Positions 61,803-64,000 of a DNA stretch of 64,000 bases are shown here, in pieces. Made by a program: the position numbers and the translations under genes. Under the pieces are notes generated by a model. The model was given only the letters and a program-made list of their open reading frames with translations. It did no database searches and was not told the DNA's origin. This stretch comes from Xylographa opegraphella (Eukaryota): the NCBI GenBank assembly GCA_022813865.1, contig JALDZX010000047.1:62001-126000 (forward strand). The letters are read 5' to 3'. Position 1 is the first letter of the stretch; every line of letters begins with the position of its first letter.

Positions 61803-64000
61803 TGGCCCTTCTCGAAGACGGGTCAGCACGCTACCTTGAGCGGCACGACACACTTATTCATCAGGTAAGCTGGCGATCGAGTGTTAGGAAGACATCTACT
61901 AGCACACATCAACGCTTGCCGTCCCGTCTATCGAACATGGTTACCACGGCACGAAGCACCATTCATGGACACCCATGATTTCGACATCTGTCGATGAATC
62001 TGGCTGACCTTTGCCATTCATACGTAGACTTCCGCGTCATTATTATTTTTGCCAGACGAGAAGGGTCTATGTCATCGGCGTGCAAGCGAGATGGGTCCGC
62101 CAAGAGCCGAGCGCAAGGTACCACCTATCTCCAACGGTGATCTACACGCCCGCTTAAGCATAACCATCATAAAGTGGGCTGGAAGTCACCACTGGTCCAC
62201 CACTACTGTAGTACTGAGGTCAAGGGAAGGTAGCTCAGGTGCGGGAAAGTAATTGAGTACCTAGCTGAAGGCCACTGTCGTTCATATATTTAGCCTCAAG
62301 TGGTGGGTGGTCAATAGTGCTGACAGGCTGGGTTCCTAATCTACCTTGGGCTTGTGCATCGCACAGACCTTCAACTTGCACTCCGAATTGACTTCGTCGG
62401 CGACAGTCACTCCGTGCCAACCTTAGGCATGCACATCACTCACTAGCCGTTGGGAAGCTTTGGCAATCGGCCGGTCCATCCACACGGGCCATCGGAATCA
62501 CTTCTGAAGCTTCATGCCTGTGCCACGTAGAAATGCTCCTTCACCCTGGAAAGCGGACAAGGCACAGTGGGAGAGGGGGCTGGGCGTGCCAAGGGAGATA
62601 AGATAGTGTACCACGACTTGACTGCCTCAGTACCTTGCTTTAGCTCGTCTCAACAGTATTTTGTACGACCACCATGATGGCAAGGTAAGCTACGTAGTCT
62701 AGCAGTGGTGGACCATGTAGTGGCCGACCACTCTCTCTCATGTGATCCATCCGAAGCGTGATGGGGAGTAATCATTCGAAATCGTGACTACCTTACCTTA
62801 GTGAGGGCCGTAAGCCGAGCGTGAGGCACGTCAGGAGGACCTCAAATCCGACGGTGGCTTGGTGTAGCCAGTGCCCGCCTGGTGGTTGGAAAAAGCTATG
62901 TTGGGCTATGTTATCGCAAGGGCCAGATATCTGATGGAGGATCTCGGATGGGCAGAATTGCACGGCGTCCTGTCGATGGCACGCCAATTTCATTACAAGT
63001 AGTCTACCATCCAGCCAATATACGCTTGTTGGCGATCCTGTGCGCCTCACGAAGGAGGGGGGTGGGTGGGCAGTGGTTGCACTCCTTGGATCGAGGCGAG
63101 AACCTGCCGGCTGCAGGAGAGGATGGACCCTGAATACTGGCCCGGGCAACGTGGTGGCTTTTTTCCCCCGTGGCCAAGGGGCTCGCTTCCTTTTAGGCGG
63201 AAGGGGGAGCGTTGGTGCTTGTGTGGACTATTATTGCGCAGCTTTTGTGCGCCGTCGTGTTCGACTAGTTTCAGCCACGAGGGATGCTTCTTGCGGACCA
63301 CATGGACGACTTGCCCAGGAGCTGCGGGCATCGGCAATCAAAAAAGAGCCCAGGGCTGCCAACGAGCTTCCTCCCATCCCCCCATCCTTCGTGCTCCGTC
63401 TCTGTTGCGCGGGGGGCGCGTGCCCAGGCCTGGGGGACGGCTGACTGGCTCACCACCTTTATCACCGTCTTGAGGAGGGGGAAACGCGTCTCTAGCAGAT
63501 GAAGCGGCGACGTTCACATGTCATGAGAGTTAGTGAGGAGTGAAAGGCATGATGAGTTTGATGGAAGTATTGCCCGCCTGACAAGCACCGCCGGGCCATG
63601 GTTGTCATCCACCGCTAACTTTTAAAACGAAAGCCCCTAAAGTGCCTCCCAGCGTCCCTGCTGTAGTCTATTATGTACAGGCCTACGGAGTATCAGCTAA
63701 GAAGCTACGGCTCAGCGACCAGTCAGTAATCCGTCCAACATGCCTCTAATAATTCACCCGCAAGAGGCCTCCATCTCGAACCCAGCAGGCAGACAGACCG
63801 AGACGGACTAGATGGTCCTTCTCGTTTTTGTCACACTTGTCCAGCCTCTCCAGCCAGACTGAAGCAAGATCCAGACGCGCCTCCACCCGACGCTCTCGAT
63901 GACGTTGATAATCACAATGGCGGCCAGGGCGACGACCACCTCGTCTACCGAATGGACCATCATCATCCGAAGGGCGTGCTAGGAAGACGAGAGCGCGTCG

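Noticed and set aside
63549..63581. Box C/D snoRNA (ATGATGA...CTGA)
   Set aside because: Boxes are too close together and there is no terminal stem or second box pair.

Overview
Eukaryotic, intron-containing DNA from a filamentous ascomycete (Pezizomycotina; a lichen-type Lecanoromycete is only my guess from the orphan secreted genes). About 22 genes are visible. Conserved genes: GPI-anchored aspartic protease, ADI1, RFC4, dienelactone hydrolase, a Ser-rich membrane protein, RCE1, SEC16, NEO1, PUF3, M28 peptidase, HUS1, an FAD oxidoreductase and TDP1. An accessory patch at about 8-21 kb holds orphan secreted proteins and a tandem array of three diverged DUF7918-like paralogues. All three share one 5-exon structure and a VKRE/NLS/SIM-like tail, and two carry frameshifts. 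Other notable items: recurrent C-rich-to-G-rich skew-flip islands that invert synonymous codon choice mid-gene; an ENISLP 18-bp VNTR (N-glycosylation sequon array) spanning a 50-N assembly gap; paired MCB-like ACGCG sites upstream of RFC4, HUS1 and TDP1; a GC-AG intron in PUF3; and a 13-nt micro-exon in HUS1. I recognised no rRNA, tRNA, CRISPR array or transposon. All splice models were read by eye and all family names come from motif recognition, not from searches.
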